From positions 34,432,792-34,496,791 of the forward strand of contig JARDVH010000115.1 of assembly GCA_030324005.1 (NCBI GenBank): DNA of 64,000 nucleotides, in the 5' to 3' direction. Under the pieces are notes generated by a model, which searched no databases, was not told the origin of the DNA, and saw nothing but the letters and a program-made list of their open reading frames with translations. Positions 40,520 through 54,641 of the stretch are shown here, one piece after another (positions within the stretch are counted from its first letter, which is position 1; each line of letters opens with the position of its first letter). The position numbers and the translations under genes were made by a program. This DNA is from Negaprion brevirostris. Its lineage: Eukaryota.

Positions 40520-43150
40520 AGCTGATCAGTTTGTAACCTCAACTCCATATTACAGCTTATTCCCAATAAGCTTTCACCTGCTTATCCAGAATCTATTTAC
40601 CTCAGCCTTAAAAATATCTGTTACCATTGTCTTTTGAGGAAGAGTGTTCCAAAGACTCATGACCCTCAAGAGAAAAAAATGTATCTTCATCTCAAATGGG
40701 CCAGCCCTTATTTTTAAGCACTGACCCCCTAGTTAGAGATTCTCCCACAAGAGGATACATCCTTTCCACATCCATTCTGTCAAGACCCCTCAGGATTATT
40801 TCAGTCAAGTCATCTCTTATTCTTCTAAACTCCAGAAGATACATGACTAGCCTTGCCAACACGCCCATGCCAGGGATTAGGCTAGTAAACTTCTTTGAAC
40901 TGCTCTCAATACATTATATGCTTCCTTAAATAAGGAGACCAATACTGAACACTGTACTCCAGATCCAGCACTGTTTAGCACTGCTGCCTCAGTGCCAGGG
41001 ATCCAGGTTCGATTCCCAGCTTGAACCACTGTCTACGTGGAGTCTGCATGTTATCCCCGTGTCTGCGTAAGTTTTCTACAGATGTTGCGGTTTCCACCCA
41101 CAGTCCACCAAGGTGTGACAACTAGGGGACTTTCACAGTAACTTCATTGAACTGTTAATGTAAGCCTATTTGTGGCACTAATAAATAAATTTAAACTCTA
41201 TATAACTGAAGCACAACCTCCTTACTTGTGTATTCAATTCCCCTTTAAATAAACAATAACATTCTAATTACTTGCTGTACCTGCACACTAACCTTTTGCA
41301 ATTGATGCACTAGGACGCCAAGATCCTTCTGCATCTCACAACTCTGCAATTTCTCACCATTTAGATAATATGCTTTTCTTCCTGAGAACAAAATTTCACA
41401 TTTCCCACATTTGCCAGAATTTTCCTATTCACTTAACCTATCCATATCTCTGTCCTTCTTATATAGTCTCCTTCTGTCTTCATGACCTTACTATGCCTGA
41501 GCAGGGCAAAGCCAGAGGAAATGCTGTTGGAGGTCTGTAGCGATCCTGACTTGCAAATCAGTCATCTGACCTTGGTATAGGGGCAAAAGACTAATCCAAC
41601 TTATCCTACCTACCTTTGTGTCATCAGCAAATTTAACAATCATGACTTCAATCCCTTCATCTAAGTAATCTATACAAATTGTAAAGAGTTGAGGCCTACA
41701 CAGATTCTTATGACACACCACTCATCACTTCTTGCCAAGCAGAAAATAACACTTTTTGTCTACTTCATTTACTGTTAGCTGACAAATATTCTATCCATGC
41801 CAATGTATTATCCAGCCCCCTACACCATGGGTTTTTATTTTCCACAGTAATCATCCACCCATTCTCCTCTACCCTCAAACATGTGTCATTTGCCTTTCTC
41901 AAAGAACTATAATACATTGGTTAAACATGATTTCCTTTTCACAAAACCATGTTGACTCTGTCTGACTGTCTTGAAATTTTCCTGGTGCCCCGCTATAACA
42001 TCTCTAATAATAGTTTCTAACATTTTCCCTATGACAGATTTTAAGCCAACGAGCCAGTGGTTTCCTGCTTGCTGTCTCCCTCCTTTTTTGAATAAAGGCT
42101 ACATTAACTATTTTCCAATCTAATGGAACCATCTCTGATATTAGGGAATTTGGGAAAAATCTCTCTCACTAGCCACTTCTTTTGAGACCTTTGGATGAAG
42201 TCCATCAGGACCCGAGGATTGTCAGCAGCTCCAACAAGTTGCTCAGTACCATTTCCCTGGTGATCACATTTTAAGTTTCTCCTACCTTCTACTTCCTGAT
42301 TTGCAGCTATTATGGGATGTTAGTTATATCCTCTATTGTGATGACCATTGCAAAATGTCTGTTCAATTCATCTGCCATTTTCTTACTTTTTATTATTAAT
42401 TCTCCAGCTTCACTTTACATAGGCTCACTTTTTTCTCCTTTTAATTAGCTATAGGAACTCTTATTGTCTGACTTCATGGCCGTGATTCTCCCAAAAGTGC
42501 TGAATTGGTGGGAAAAATTATGAAGTAATTACTCAAACAAACCCATCTCATTTTACAATGCCAGGTCTAGTTTAGCCTGCTCTCTGGTTGATGACAGAAC
42601 ATGCTGCCGAAGAAACTATCCTGAAAACATTCCATGAACTCATCTACACTACCTTTGCCCATCTGATTTTCCCAGTTTATACTTAAATTAAAATCCCTCA
42701 TAATTGCTGTACCTTGCTGACATGTTCTTGTTATTTCTTCTTATACCACATCCTTTCATGTGGTTACTGTTAGAGGGCCTGTACATCACTTTCATTAGTG
42801 ACTTCTTGCCTTTATCATTTCTCCCAAACCATTTCTACACCTTGGTTTTCTGAATTTAGGTCATGGTGCTAATACCATCATTAATTAACATAACCGTCCT
42901 TCCACCTTTTTCTAGGTTCCAGTCCTTCCTAATTATGATATGCCCTTCTATTTTCAGGTCCCAATCTATGTCATCTGTGGCTATGTCTATGCAAGGGCTA
43001 TCAAATTATATTTATTTACAATTTGCACCAGCAGTTGATCGGTTTTATTTTGAACGTTACATGCATTCAGATAGAGATTTTAGTTTTGTCCTTTTATTAT
43101 TTTTGTAACCTCTAGCCTTATCTGATGATTTAAGCTTCAAGCTATATTCT
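40520..43150 (-). mobile_element. Long degenerate CR1 LINE with a nested SINE (~40965-41195, +)
   Basis: Minus-strand RPQLFTICIDYLDEGIEVMIVKFADDTKVG (RT FADD motif) and SQHGFVK.KSCLT-like motifs; a tail B SINE splits it. Confidence 0.8.
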
Positions 43151-44710
43151 GTCCTTTCCTGTTACTTGAAAAGTTAAATTCTATAATTGCCATAAAATAT
43201 TTAGAGTGTCCCCTCACTTTGAAAGGTGTGCATGAAAGAGGATGTATGCAACATAGGATTTGTAGAACAGAACATTCAAAAGTCAGGTTATAATTATGTC
43301 TGGAAGAAGGACGAGGAACTTCCTCAGAAAGGCTAAGTGAGAATCAGACACAGACCAAAGTTAGGCCATATGCAACATCTACAATAGCTGGCTCTGCAAT
43401 AACACTGGAAGATACCTAGATCTCGTTCGCCCAGTTAGCACAAAGGCCTAGGCACAGTGAAAACAAAAAACTAACCCGCTTCATTCTTGCAGGATACCCA
43501 TAAGTCTTCACACATGGGCCATTATCAAATAGATCCATGCAAATTACTTATATATGTCAAAACTATCAAAAGTTTTTGAGTTATTTACCAAATTTCAGAT
43601 TTTTAAAATTAATCTGCAAATACCATGTCAAAAAACAGGACATTAATATGTAAATGAAATTTCACTGGAGAAATCAAAATAGTTGGTAGTTAATTTGAAG
43701 AATTGCAGTAATTAAAACAAATGCAAGTGAACTTGTAATTATGCAAACCAGGTGTTACGCAGGTAGTTGCTAGGCAAGCACCTTGAACAACTTTCTTGCA
43801 GTAAGCATTCTATTGTGTACTATTCATTCTCTCCAACTTACATTCTTTTATGAAGAATGCAATTGTTCCAGTGAAAGAAGAATGCATAGGGGCGGTGAGC
43901 AGTATTCCCTGTAAAACTGTTATGTGCAGACAGTCCTTTTAGCGAGCAGTATTTTTTTTTGTTTGGCTGCTGGCATACATGACATTAAACATGCAACCCT
44001 ACTTTCCAGGTTGCTGCACAAATGCAGCTTCATGGGAACACTGGCGGCGAATGAGCATGGTAGATGTCTTTAAGACTATTTATACAAAATTAAATCCTCA
44101 TGTTGGGACCTCTTCAGCTGAAAAAATGCAAGTGCTTGAAAGACTCAGGTGAAGGTATTAATAGTGAAACGTGAACTTACAAGACTGGAGGTTGCAAAGT
44201 TTTGTAACTAGCATTACAAATTGACAATTTAGCCAACAAGAAACAATAATAATATTTTAGGACTGTTCAAATTTTAAAAAAATTCATGAATTACTGTAGT
44301 ATTAAGATATACATTCTTCCTCCCACTTGTTTTTCAAAAATCAAATTAACAATTTTGGCAATTGGTGATAGTTTCAAAGATAACATGGACTGGCAGACAG
44401 TCTCAATTATTTAATACTGGAATGAAAGTTTTCTACAGGATTAGGGCATTAAAAGCTCACTACATATTTTGACAACATAACTACATTTATTTTAAAATGA
44501 AAAAATCTGCCAGTAACTAATGGAGCTTCAGAGGTCATGCTCACACAAGTAGAATGAACAAGTGAATGTTACGCAGTATAGTTTCCTCATGGGCTTTGGT
44601 ACAAGTACCTGGAATATAACTGTCAATTATATCGTAATTGTATATGTGCACATTCTGAGCTGTACAAATACCCATGTTTATAATTAGCTTAAGAAATGGC
44701 TTCTTCTTAC

Positions 44711-44766
44711 CTATCGGATCCTAGGAGGTGAAAGACTCTGCTTTTATCTGATATCTCCTGGGTAAC
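44711..44766 (-). CDS. MAP4K5: MAP4K5 exon (VTQEISDKSRVFHLLGSDR)
   Basis: Acceptor CAG at 44769-44767, donor GTAAG from 44710; 56 nt. Confidence 0.94.
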
Positions 44767-46480
44767 CTGATTTGAGAAGTTTAGCAAGAAATTGATTACA
44801 TTCCTAAATTCCAACAGTTTAAGAATCCTTAAAATGATCACACAATAAAATGTAAAATGTAAAAGATGCAGAGTTGACTGCGAACCACATAAGCAGCCCC
44901 AAAATAATGTGATAAATTGCTCCACAAGGAAGGCATGTGAATTATCCTTCTTCAGGTCTGTGCAGAAACCTACATTCTTCACCATTTTTGAAGCTTCCAT
45001 GTAAAACATAGCATAAATGCAGATGCTTGCAATATCTGTTTAATGGCACATCAAGAGCTTTATAAGTAGATAATTGGGAACCAAATACCACTGTTTCTGC
45101 CAGTCCTCAATGTGAGCTAACTGCTGTTGTTTTGTTCAGTAATGCTGCATTGATTTAAGTCACTCTTTTTTTCAGTAATGTCAGATTTCATTTTTGGATG
45201 AATTTGGCTACTTAGTTTGCTGCAGTTCAACAGCAGAACACATTAGTTTGAAATAGAAATCAGGTTCCAAAGATTGTTCTGGTACATTAAGAAATACTAA
45301 CAATCATTATCAAGTTCACACATTTCAGAATGGCCACGGTACAGAAAAATCGTTATCATTTGTAGAACTACAATCTAGCTGGGAATAGTATCCAGTAAAG
45401 GGAAAAGGGGTAATGTTCATAGAAAAAGTTGGTGCAAGAACAAAGGTAAGAAAGGGCATTTAGAAATGCACCAGTTCAAAATTGACTACATTAGACAATA
45501 CTTGAGCAGGAGACCAAGTGTGGCTATGCCCATCTCCATTTTGATGTACACTGAGCACATAATTATTTTATCTGAAGTATAGTAGTTTAGAATTTTGGAT
45601 CATGTAACTCAGGTCAATAATAAAAAATCCAATGCATATTGCAATGTTAAAATCTACTGCATACCTTGTTAAAATTTCAAATGGCAGCTCTGAAGCAGTT
45701 ATATTAAACCCACTTATAAATAGTCAAAATACCAGCCCTCTGAATCAGATACTATCATGCCACTTGTTGTTGCCAAGGCGCTTGTTGATTGTTTATATTT
45801 CATTACTTCATTTGTATACTCCACTAACACTTAAGAAAACTCTTTGTGCTGACTAATCCAACTTGGACAAAGGGTCGCTGTACATGAATAAATCTGCCTT
45901 TACCATGATCTACAAAGTAAGATATAATCTATCTTTTTGGAATATGTATGCCAAATGACTAATGGGGAAATTCTGATTATTAAAATTCTGAAAATTACGA
46001 CTGCTGGTACTAATAAAACCAATAACTTGTAACAAGAATGGAAATATTGGGCTTGACCATGATCCCCATTATTCAGAATTTAAATGATATTCACTGTCAG
46101 AGCTCAGTGAAAAAATGCAGTTTGTTGTATAGGAGACCCTATTCAGGCCCTCATGCTGTGTGCTCCATGTCTCTATTATAAAGCCAAGGAACTTGTCCAG
46201 CTACCTTCAAAGATTTGTGCATGCAAACACCAACGTCCCTTTGTGTTAATTGCCTTAAAAGAGCTAAATTTTTCAAATCCTTTTACCAGTTCTCTCCTTG
46301 GCAACTTGGGAAAAGTAACAGAGGGACATGAATCAACAAGATCCATAAGAAATAGAAAGGGAAAACAAATCAAAGGGGAGAGATTTTTTCCAGGAGAAAC
46401 AAAAGTCAAATCAAAACAGGACCTATTATTATCAGTCATCAAATACTTGTCAGCTGTGGAAGTAATGACAATGGACTTAC

Positions 46481-46551
46481 TTCATTTGACTTAAAGCTTT
46501 TGCCCTGCATTCCATGCTTCCAGAAAGCCAGTATACTGTCCTGAAGGCACA
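46481..46551 (-). CDS. MAP4K5: MAP4K5 exon ([24 protein letters not shown])
   Basis: Acceptor CAG at 46554-46552, donor GTAAG from 46480; 71 nt. Confidence 0.94.
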
Positions 46552-46829
46552 CTGCAAAAGGTGTGGATTGGCAGGATTGAGAGGGGGAAAGAAATGCACA
46601 TTGGAATGAATAAAGTATATTTTGTACCTTTGAATTTGCTTAGTATCTAGTTCAGGTTACTTTTCTCAATTCTAAATATACATTTCAAACTTTGGATAAA
46701 TACACTATAATCAAAAAAAAATCTGTTGAGTTTTTTGGTTATTGACAATACTCATTAATACTCTACGTACAATATTTATGAATACTTAAGTTTCCAATAA
46801 ACACATTTTAAAATCAGTGCATTTACAAC

Positions 46830-48130
46830 ACAAGAGCCATAATTTGTTATTCACTTTACCTGCTTATTCCAAGGAAAACAGTGCCAGTTTCTCCTGCCTC
46901 GCCACATAAGTAAAGTTCCTCGTTCTTGGTACTATTCTCGTAAATCTCTTGCATCGTATCTAGAACCTTGACATCCTTCCTAAGTTGTGCATCTCAGAAC
47001 TGAACATTCCAGCAGGGGCCTTACATGCATTTTAAAAAATCCTTGTTTTGTACTCCATGTCTCTATTATAAAGCCAAGGAATTTGCCCAGCCACCTTCAA
47101 AGATTTGTGCTTGCAAACACCAATGTCCCTCTTTTCCTGCTTGCCCTTTTAAATTGTATCATTTAGTCTATATTGCCTCTCCTCATTCTTGCTACCAAAA
47201 TGTATCACTTCATGTTGTGTTAATTTATTTGTCACATGGCTGGCCTATTTTTGTAGTATGCATTGTCCAACCAGGGGTCTCTTACTAACCTCTTCACTGT
47301 TAACTACATATCTGAATACATCATCAGCAACCTTTGGAAATTATGCCCTGTATACCTAATCCACACCACATAAAAAAAATACAGCAGTCAGCCTAACACC
47401 AACCTCTGGGAAACACTTTCTTCTTGTCTGAGAAAGAACCTTTCACCACTGCTTTCTATTTCTGACCATTTTGTATCTACATTGCCATAGTCACTTCAAA
47501 TGGCATGGACTTGTGTCAAATACCTTTTGAAAAACCATAAAGACAGCAACAGCTGCACCACTCTCATCTAATCTTTATTAATTCATAAAATCAAGCATGA
47601 TTTGTCTTTTCACAACCTGTGCCAACTTTAATTTATTTGCCCATAATTTTCCAAATGCCACTCAATTTTGTCCCAGATTGTTGTTTAAGGTTTCCTCACC
47701 ATCTGGTTGGCTGGTTTGTAATTTCTGGATTTAGCCAGCTCCCATTTTTGAATAGGCTGGAATATTTGCAATCCCTGAATTCTCTGGCACAACCCCCATA
47801 TCTAAGGGAGATTGCAAGATTGTGGCCTTTCCTCAACAATCTAGGATGCACCCTTCCAGACTGGGTGACTTTTCTACTACGGGTCATAGAATCAGAGGGT
47901 GGAATTTTCCAGCTGCGCTAGTTTAAAAGCTGGAAATTCCCGCCTGATTGTCCACAACTCGCCCACTAAAATTCCAGTGGCAGGCGGAATGGGAGAATTC
48001 TGGCCGTGGAAGCTTTTTATATTTTCCTAATCCTATCCGATATCACTACGACCCTCTTTAGCTGATGAATTTACAGCATTCTATCCTCCAGGGAAGACAA
48101 ATGCAAATGATTACCTCAGCTGCACCCCCT
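46830..48130 (-). mobile_element. Degenerate CR1 LINE relic
   Basis: Decayed RT-region motifs on the minus strand (WR.AN..P.FKNG; KV.DD). Confidence 0.6.
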
Positions 48131-48472
48131 GCCTCCACCAGATGATCCTTTATAAATATTTTAACTGCTGCCTAACTGATATGCACTGAATTAACAATAC
48201 CTCTGATTTACTTCTGAAGGTTTGGATATCTAGTGCCCTGAAGCATTTACTCCTAATAAAGTTTTAATATTTTACATACGCATTCTCTGATTCTTCCTTC
48301 AAAATTACATCACCTCACGTTTCCTTGTACTAAGTTTCATTTGACCTCTACCCGCCCAATCCAGAAGCCCACTTTAACATTTTGCATTCTGAAAGCTTGC
48401 TAAATAGATTTTACTCTATAAATTTATCTAAAAGATACAATTTATATTCAAACCATTAGGCAATGTACCTAC

Positions 48473-48565
48473 CTACTGATTCAATGCAAAAATCAAAGCT
48501 TAGCTCTGAGGCTAGTTTTTTGCTTGATTTCAATTTGCCATGTAGATTTACAATCTTGACATTTT
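48473..48565 (-). CDS. MAP4K5: MAP4K5 exon (NVKIVNLHGKLKSSKKLASELSFDFCIESV)
   Basis: Acceptor CAG at 48568-48566, donor GTAGGT from 48472; 93 nt. Confidence 0.93.
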
Positions 48566-51257
48566 CTGAAACAGAATAAAGTATGGATAATTACAAACCT
48601 TCAGTCGTGAAAATATATTACAGAAGGGAACAGCAAAAATCCACTTTGTATTGCACTCCATCTTGAACTTCTGACAAATCATTTTCATGAATCATGTTCC
48701 CAAGTCATCCTCGATTAATTGCTTAAGAAAGAATGACAGCTTCAGAGGTATCTCTACTGAAGTTTCAGAAAATCGCCATAAAGTCATGATAATGATTTTT
48801 TTGTAATCTGATGTAGGTAGTCCTTCAAATATTTTAACACAATATTGTAACTTTTAATAAAATTCAAAGTATTTGAAATTACTGTGTAAAATAATGATTT
48901 GGTAGCAAGTGTCTCTCTACAGACCACCTACCCTGATGAACAGTACTGCTTTTTGTTCCAGAACTGTTCATTTTGGTCCTGTAAATTACTGGACGGCTAT
49001 GAACATTACAGCGATTTCTTTTTACAATCTATTGAAGGTCTCAGATTGCATCTTTACTGTTTTAGAATATTACCAAACTTATTTGTACATGCAATTACCG
49101 AGATTAGGGTGTATTTTGGCTCAGGTTACTGCACTGCAGGTATCCACAATTACACTTTTGATAGTTGGGTAGGTAACATATTCTACATACTCTAGTGGGT
49201 AAAAGAAGTGGTTGAAATATAGGGGAAAGACAGTGTGGACAAATTTAAGATGTTACGTGTTAGAATATTTGGATGACTCCTTTCTGACTTTGATTTACTT
49301 ATGTTTACCCATGAATAGTGCAACAGGTGTACATAGTATCTGTTACCAGATTTCAAAGAATTAGGGTTTATTACAATGCATCCATTCACCAAAATGCCCA
49401 TCTTTATGTTTGCTGACATCCACAAGTGCACTTTTCTATGTATTCTCTTATTTCTTCCAACATCTTTATCAGCTACAATGATCATTGTTGTTCCTTTTGT
49501 ACTATGACATTAGAGTCAGGAAGAGTGTGTTATAAAGGGGATTTAATGTTCCCAGGTATTAAGAACAGAAATGGTCCAGTGACAATCTACCATGTTGAGA
49601 GGAGGTTTAAAGCTGAGATATCTATAGATGATACAAATAGCCACTTCCTTATACAGCAGGCAAAGGCACACAGAGATCATGGACTGGATCTAATTCAGAT
49701 TAGTGGCATCTTATCTCCACATGGGAAACACTAGGGCACAGCAAGCATAGAATTAGATTCAATGAATTAAGTAGTTAATTCTAATGTAAATGTGATGCTG
49801 GTAGATGATGATGATGATGATAAAATAATACATTACAAAAAAACGACAGATAACCCAAGGGTGTCCTTCTTTAGATAGTACATAGCTTCTTTATGTAACC
49901 GAATAACTTAAAAGATATTCCATCTGCAATTACCTCTATTTAGTAAAATTACTCAATCTTGCTAGACAGAGATAATTGCAGCTGGAATAACTTCCAAGTC
50001 ATTCTGTTACATAAATATGTACTTCAGAAGAAGGGCACATAGTAAAAAAAGTTTAGCTACTGGGCTTAGTTGAAAACTAAATCTCTGATTTATTAAATTG
50101 GGAAGAGAAGCACAGCAGATGTCTATTGATATTAGAATGGTCTTTTTCAGTTGTGTTGAGTCAGTAGGGCATTGAAAATGTATATGGCCACTTAAGAATT
50201 CTTAGGGCATATTTGGGTGGAGTTCTAAAGTATGGTTGAAAATTTAAACTGTTGCTTTTCAACAGATTTCACATCTGAAACTAATGTTGAAAACCATAAT
50301 TGTTGGGTAAAGATTAAATGTGCAGAGACAGGTGCAGAGACAGATGCAGAAACTGCCCATGCTAAAATTTGGGTTTTAAAAGCAGTCAGCCCTACTCGTA
50401 TCACATGATTCTTTGTCTATTAAAGCATCTAATACATGTTCAACGTGCAAGTTTTCATTTAAAAGTCACGCCGTAAAAATTAAACAGAATATTGTTTTCT
50501 TATTAGAAAAAATTGCAATCAAGTCCATCTCTGGATACTGGAAACTATTACACACTAGTATATCCTAGAATTATTTTTACCAATGTTTTAGTAGTTAATA
50601 TTACGCACCAATTTTATCATAATTTATAAAGTCTCAGTTATTTAAATTGCATTAAATATTTTAGTGTTTGTACCTTACAGTAATTTTTTGATTGCATTGA
50701 CAATTATTTAACAAATTTGGATGCGAAGAAAATCACTCAATTGAACATTAATAATGTACCTGGCCTCTTATAATCCTCGCTTTTGCCATGATCAAAGCAC
50801 TAATATATTTCCCATGTCTGAAGTTTATTACAATAATGCACAGCTCCCATACTTACTAAATGTTGGATCAAAGTTATGCTTTGCAGTCAGTTTGGTGACT
50901 CTACATTCAGAATTGCAACACAGAATGCTTTCATAAAGACTCCCTAAATCCAAAGTTGCAAATATTGGTAAACTGAAAGCATCATTACTTTTAACTTCAC
51001 TGAGATTATTGATACTATGTAAAAGGTTAAACCCAAAGAAAAACCCTCAAAAAACAAACTCTCCTCACTACACAAGAGCATCTGTTAACAATCACACATG
51101 TCTCTAGCTGCAACCTGGGTCAAACATTCCTCCCTGTTGCTAGCCATTTTCTATTAGNNNNNNNNNNNNNNNNNNNNNNNNNNNNNNNNNNNNNNNNNNN
51201 NNNNNNNNNNNNNNNNNNNNNNNNNNNNNNNNNNNNNNNNNNNNNNNNNNNNNNNNN

Positions 51258-51608
51258 GTTGGGATCTGAATTGGCTTTAATTTGACTTGATTGGATTGGA
51301 ATAAAGTTAAAAAAAATAAGATGAAGAATTCTCAACTCTTAACAAACGTACAAAGCCCTTTGCAGTTTTAAGCTGACTGAGTTAAAATCTTAAAGGACGC
51401 TGTGAGTCAAGGGACCAGGCTCAAGGAACCAAGAAAAGAACACACAGAAGTTTGGGCAAGACCAGGTTCCAGGGAAAAACAGACTTGGCAGGTGTTGAAC
51501 TTGTGTCATGCCATACCTTGACTAGCAGAATGTTAAGTATTAATCTTTGCTGATCAATAAACCTTATTAGTTTTCATTCTGAATTAGTGGCTGTCCATTT
51601 CACCAACA
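51258..51608 (+). mobile_element. Possible solo LTR
   Basis: Begins (n)GTTGG immediately after a gap and ends CCAACA (TG..CA-like short inverted ends); AATAAA at 51556-51561 near the 3' end. Confidence 0.35.
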
Positions 51609-52616
51609 AGGTTTATTCCTCAACAAGAGTGTTTTTACTCTGTGGTTTAGAGTCCAATTTCCTAAAAAAACACTAATTATTTGATAAAAACAAAATTCAA
51701 TAGAAATAAGTATAATTATGAACATTTGAATTCATGTAATGCAACACATTAAAGTCATTTAAGGTAGCAGGACAGGTTGACAGTTGTTAAAAAAGCATAT
51801 AGTATCCTATGAATATATCAGTAGCAGTATTATGTACAAGAACAAGGAAGTTGTGTGAAGTCCTTGGAGAGAGTTCAAAAAGATTCATGAGAATGGATCC
51901 AGGGATGAGGAACTTCAGTTGCAATAATAAACTGGAGGAGTTAGAACTGTTTTTTTTGGAATAAAGGTGGCAGAGGTACTTGATAGAGTTATTCAAAATC
52001 ATGAGATGTTTTGACAGAGTAGATACAGAGAAACAGCTTCAACTCATGCGGGATTGAGAATGAGACAGGACAGATTTATTAAAGCAAAAGTGATACAAGA
52101 AAAACCACGTGCGTTCAAAGTTTTATGGTCTGGAATGCACTGGCTAATGCCTAAGGGTTGCAGGCAGAAGATGGAAGAACATGAATAAATTGCTCATTCG
52201 GAAAGCTGGTGCAGATACAATGGACAAAATGGTCTCCTTCAGTGCTGTAAGAATTCTGTGATTTGGTGACATACACCCACGTCAGGTAACTCTGTTTTGA
52301 TCAATGATCTCATATTCAATGATTGAAAGATATGCTTCTCATGAACTACACATAACTGGCCTTTGCAACTGCGAGCCAAACGTATCTGTGCCCATCAACT
52401 TTCACCAAATAAAAAATATAAAAAATATTCACCCTGTATATTTCACTGTAACCATTTACCATATAAAAAGACATTATATTTAATGAAAGAAGGGGCAAGA
52501 ACACTGCTGGGGACTTTATAGATAGACGATAGTAAAATTAAATAGTCTCAAACAAAAATTCTCATGGTGTTAAAAGGGAATATATTTAGGATTTTTAAAA
52601 CTTGATAGATACTCAC

Positions 52617-52685
52617 GATCCATGCAGACAAGAACTGTATCCCGTTCCAACTGGGTTACATGGATGGTATCCAACTGGCAACTAG
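52617..52685 (-). CDS. MAP4K5: MAP4K5 exon (SCQLDTIHVTQLERDTVLVCMD)
   Basis: Acceptor TAG at 52688-52686, donor GTGAGT from 52616; 69 nt. Confidence 0.93.
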
Positions 52686-53106
52686 CTACAACAATAAAAT
52701 GCACACATAACTAGTGATATTTATGAAATTGCAAACATTTAAATGCTCTTAGATGATCAAATCTTTTAGATAAATTATCCTCAGTTTAAAAAAGTTGCCA
52801 TTGGATATGTACATTAAAAAAATTGTTTTTCCAGTGACTTATAATACACAAAAAATCCAAAGCTAATTAATTATGAGAATGATGCTAACAAATTAAATGG
52901 AAGAATATAGTACTGTAATCAAAACCTGCATAGAATTATTTAATACCTAGATCTGCATTATCAACAAATCTATATAACTCACTTTCCATTTAATTTTTTA
53001 AATCATTAGACCTCGGGTGTTCAGTGAGTTTTAAACTGTTTTGCAGTGTAACCTACGAATGATAAAACATTACAAAACTGTGAAAATCTATGAGCAAATG
53101 GTATAC

Positions 53107-53284
53107 CTGAGCCATCTTCTGTAAACCACGAGGAAGAGGAGTTCAAGTTTATTGTCTGAAACCGGACTACCTGGTTGGGTTCACTGCCTTTGCTGATGGC
53201 TACACAGACCATTGGGTATTCCTGCTCAGGTACCACAAGCATTTCAAAAACCTTTAAAGGGTCCGGGAGTGGAAAGTCAAAATG
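53107..53284 (-). CDS. MAP4K5: MAP4K5 exon ([59 protein letters not shown])
   Basis: Acceptor CAG at 53287-53285, donor GTATAC from 53106; 178 nt. Confidence 0.94.
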
Positions 53285-54054
53285 CTGGAAAAGAATAAAC
53301 CATTATCCAGATTTTGTGCAGCTAAAAATCAGTATTCCAACGCACATTTGAAATGGTTCCTTTATTCATTTGTGGGATGTGGGCATTGCTGATATTTATT
53401 GCCTATTGCTAATTGCTTGGAGGTGGCAAGCCATTTTCTTTAACTGCTGCTTTCTGTATTGTGTAGGTACACTCACAGGCCTGTTAAGTAGGGAGTTCCA
53501 GGATTCTGACTCAGCAACAAAGGGGAATGGTGATATAATTTCAAGTCAGGATGATGCATGACTTGGAAGGGAACCAGCAGGTGGTGTTCCTGTGTACCTG
53601 TTGGATTGAATGTTTAAAGTGGTGGATTGAGTCCCTTCAAGAGGAAAGCATTGACTTGGATGGTGTAAACCTTAAGCATTGCTGGAGCTGCACACATCTC
53701 TGTACACATCTATGAGAGTACTTCACTATACTCCCGACTTGTGAACTGACAGGTCCTTGAGGAAGTTAGGTGGTGAGTTTGACCTTGAAGTCACAGCAAT
53801 TGTGTGGCCAGTTCAGTAAAGTTTCTAGTAAAAAGGTGGTTTAGATTTATTGTGCTTTGTGAGCAGGACATAGCAGGGTAATCTTGCATTGTTGGGAGCT
53901 GCCAGTGTTGCAGTTATACTGGAACAGCTTGGCATAGACATAGTTCCAGTGGAATGTTGTCTAGACCCATAGCCTTTACTGTATCCAATGCAATCAGCCT
54001 TCTCTTGATGTCACATGAAGTGAATTGAATTGGCTGAAGTAATGCTGAGGATCT

Positions 54055-54158
54055 TATTTATTTGTGTCCAAGGAGGTTCACATTAACACTGCAATGAAGT
54101 TATTGTGAAAATTCCCTAGTTGCCACACTCTGGAGCCTGTTTGGGTACACTGAGGGAG
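54055..54158 (-). mobile_element. SINE tail B running into an N gap
   Basis: Reverse complement of the type B tail. Confidence 0.75.
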
Positions 54159-54537
54159 NNNNNNNNNNNNNNNNNNNNNNNNNNNNNNNNNNNNNNNNNN
54201 NNNNNNNNNNNNNNNNNNNNNNNNNNNNNNNNNNNNNNNNNNNNNNNNNNNNNNNNNNNNNNNNNNNNNNNNNNNNNNNNNNNNNNNNNNNNNNNNNNNG
54301 GAGATTGTTATGACAAGTAGAAAAAAGTACTGTTTCAAGGTGAACATGCAACTACTAAACATTACAAACACACCCAATCTCTATAGCTTTATACTTGCAG
54401 TACATTTAAATATGGGTATATACGTTTAAATATTCAACATTTAACTCTAACAAATTACTGTTTACTATTTATGATCTAAAAGTAATTCAGTACTAAAATA
54501 TTAGATGCCTAATGAATGATATAAAACAAACACTGAC

Positions 54538-54641
54538 CTTGATTAACATGAATTTTTGCATTGGCTCATACCACTGAAGTAAGACAATACCGGACTGCAA
54601 TGCTCCACAGAGGTATTTGTAGCCAGTGTACGGATTTCTCA
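54538..54641 (-). CDS. MAP4K5: MAP4K5 exon ([35 protein letters not shown])
   Basis: Acceptor CAG at 54644-54642, donor GTCAGT from 54537; 104 nt. Confidence 0.95.
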
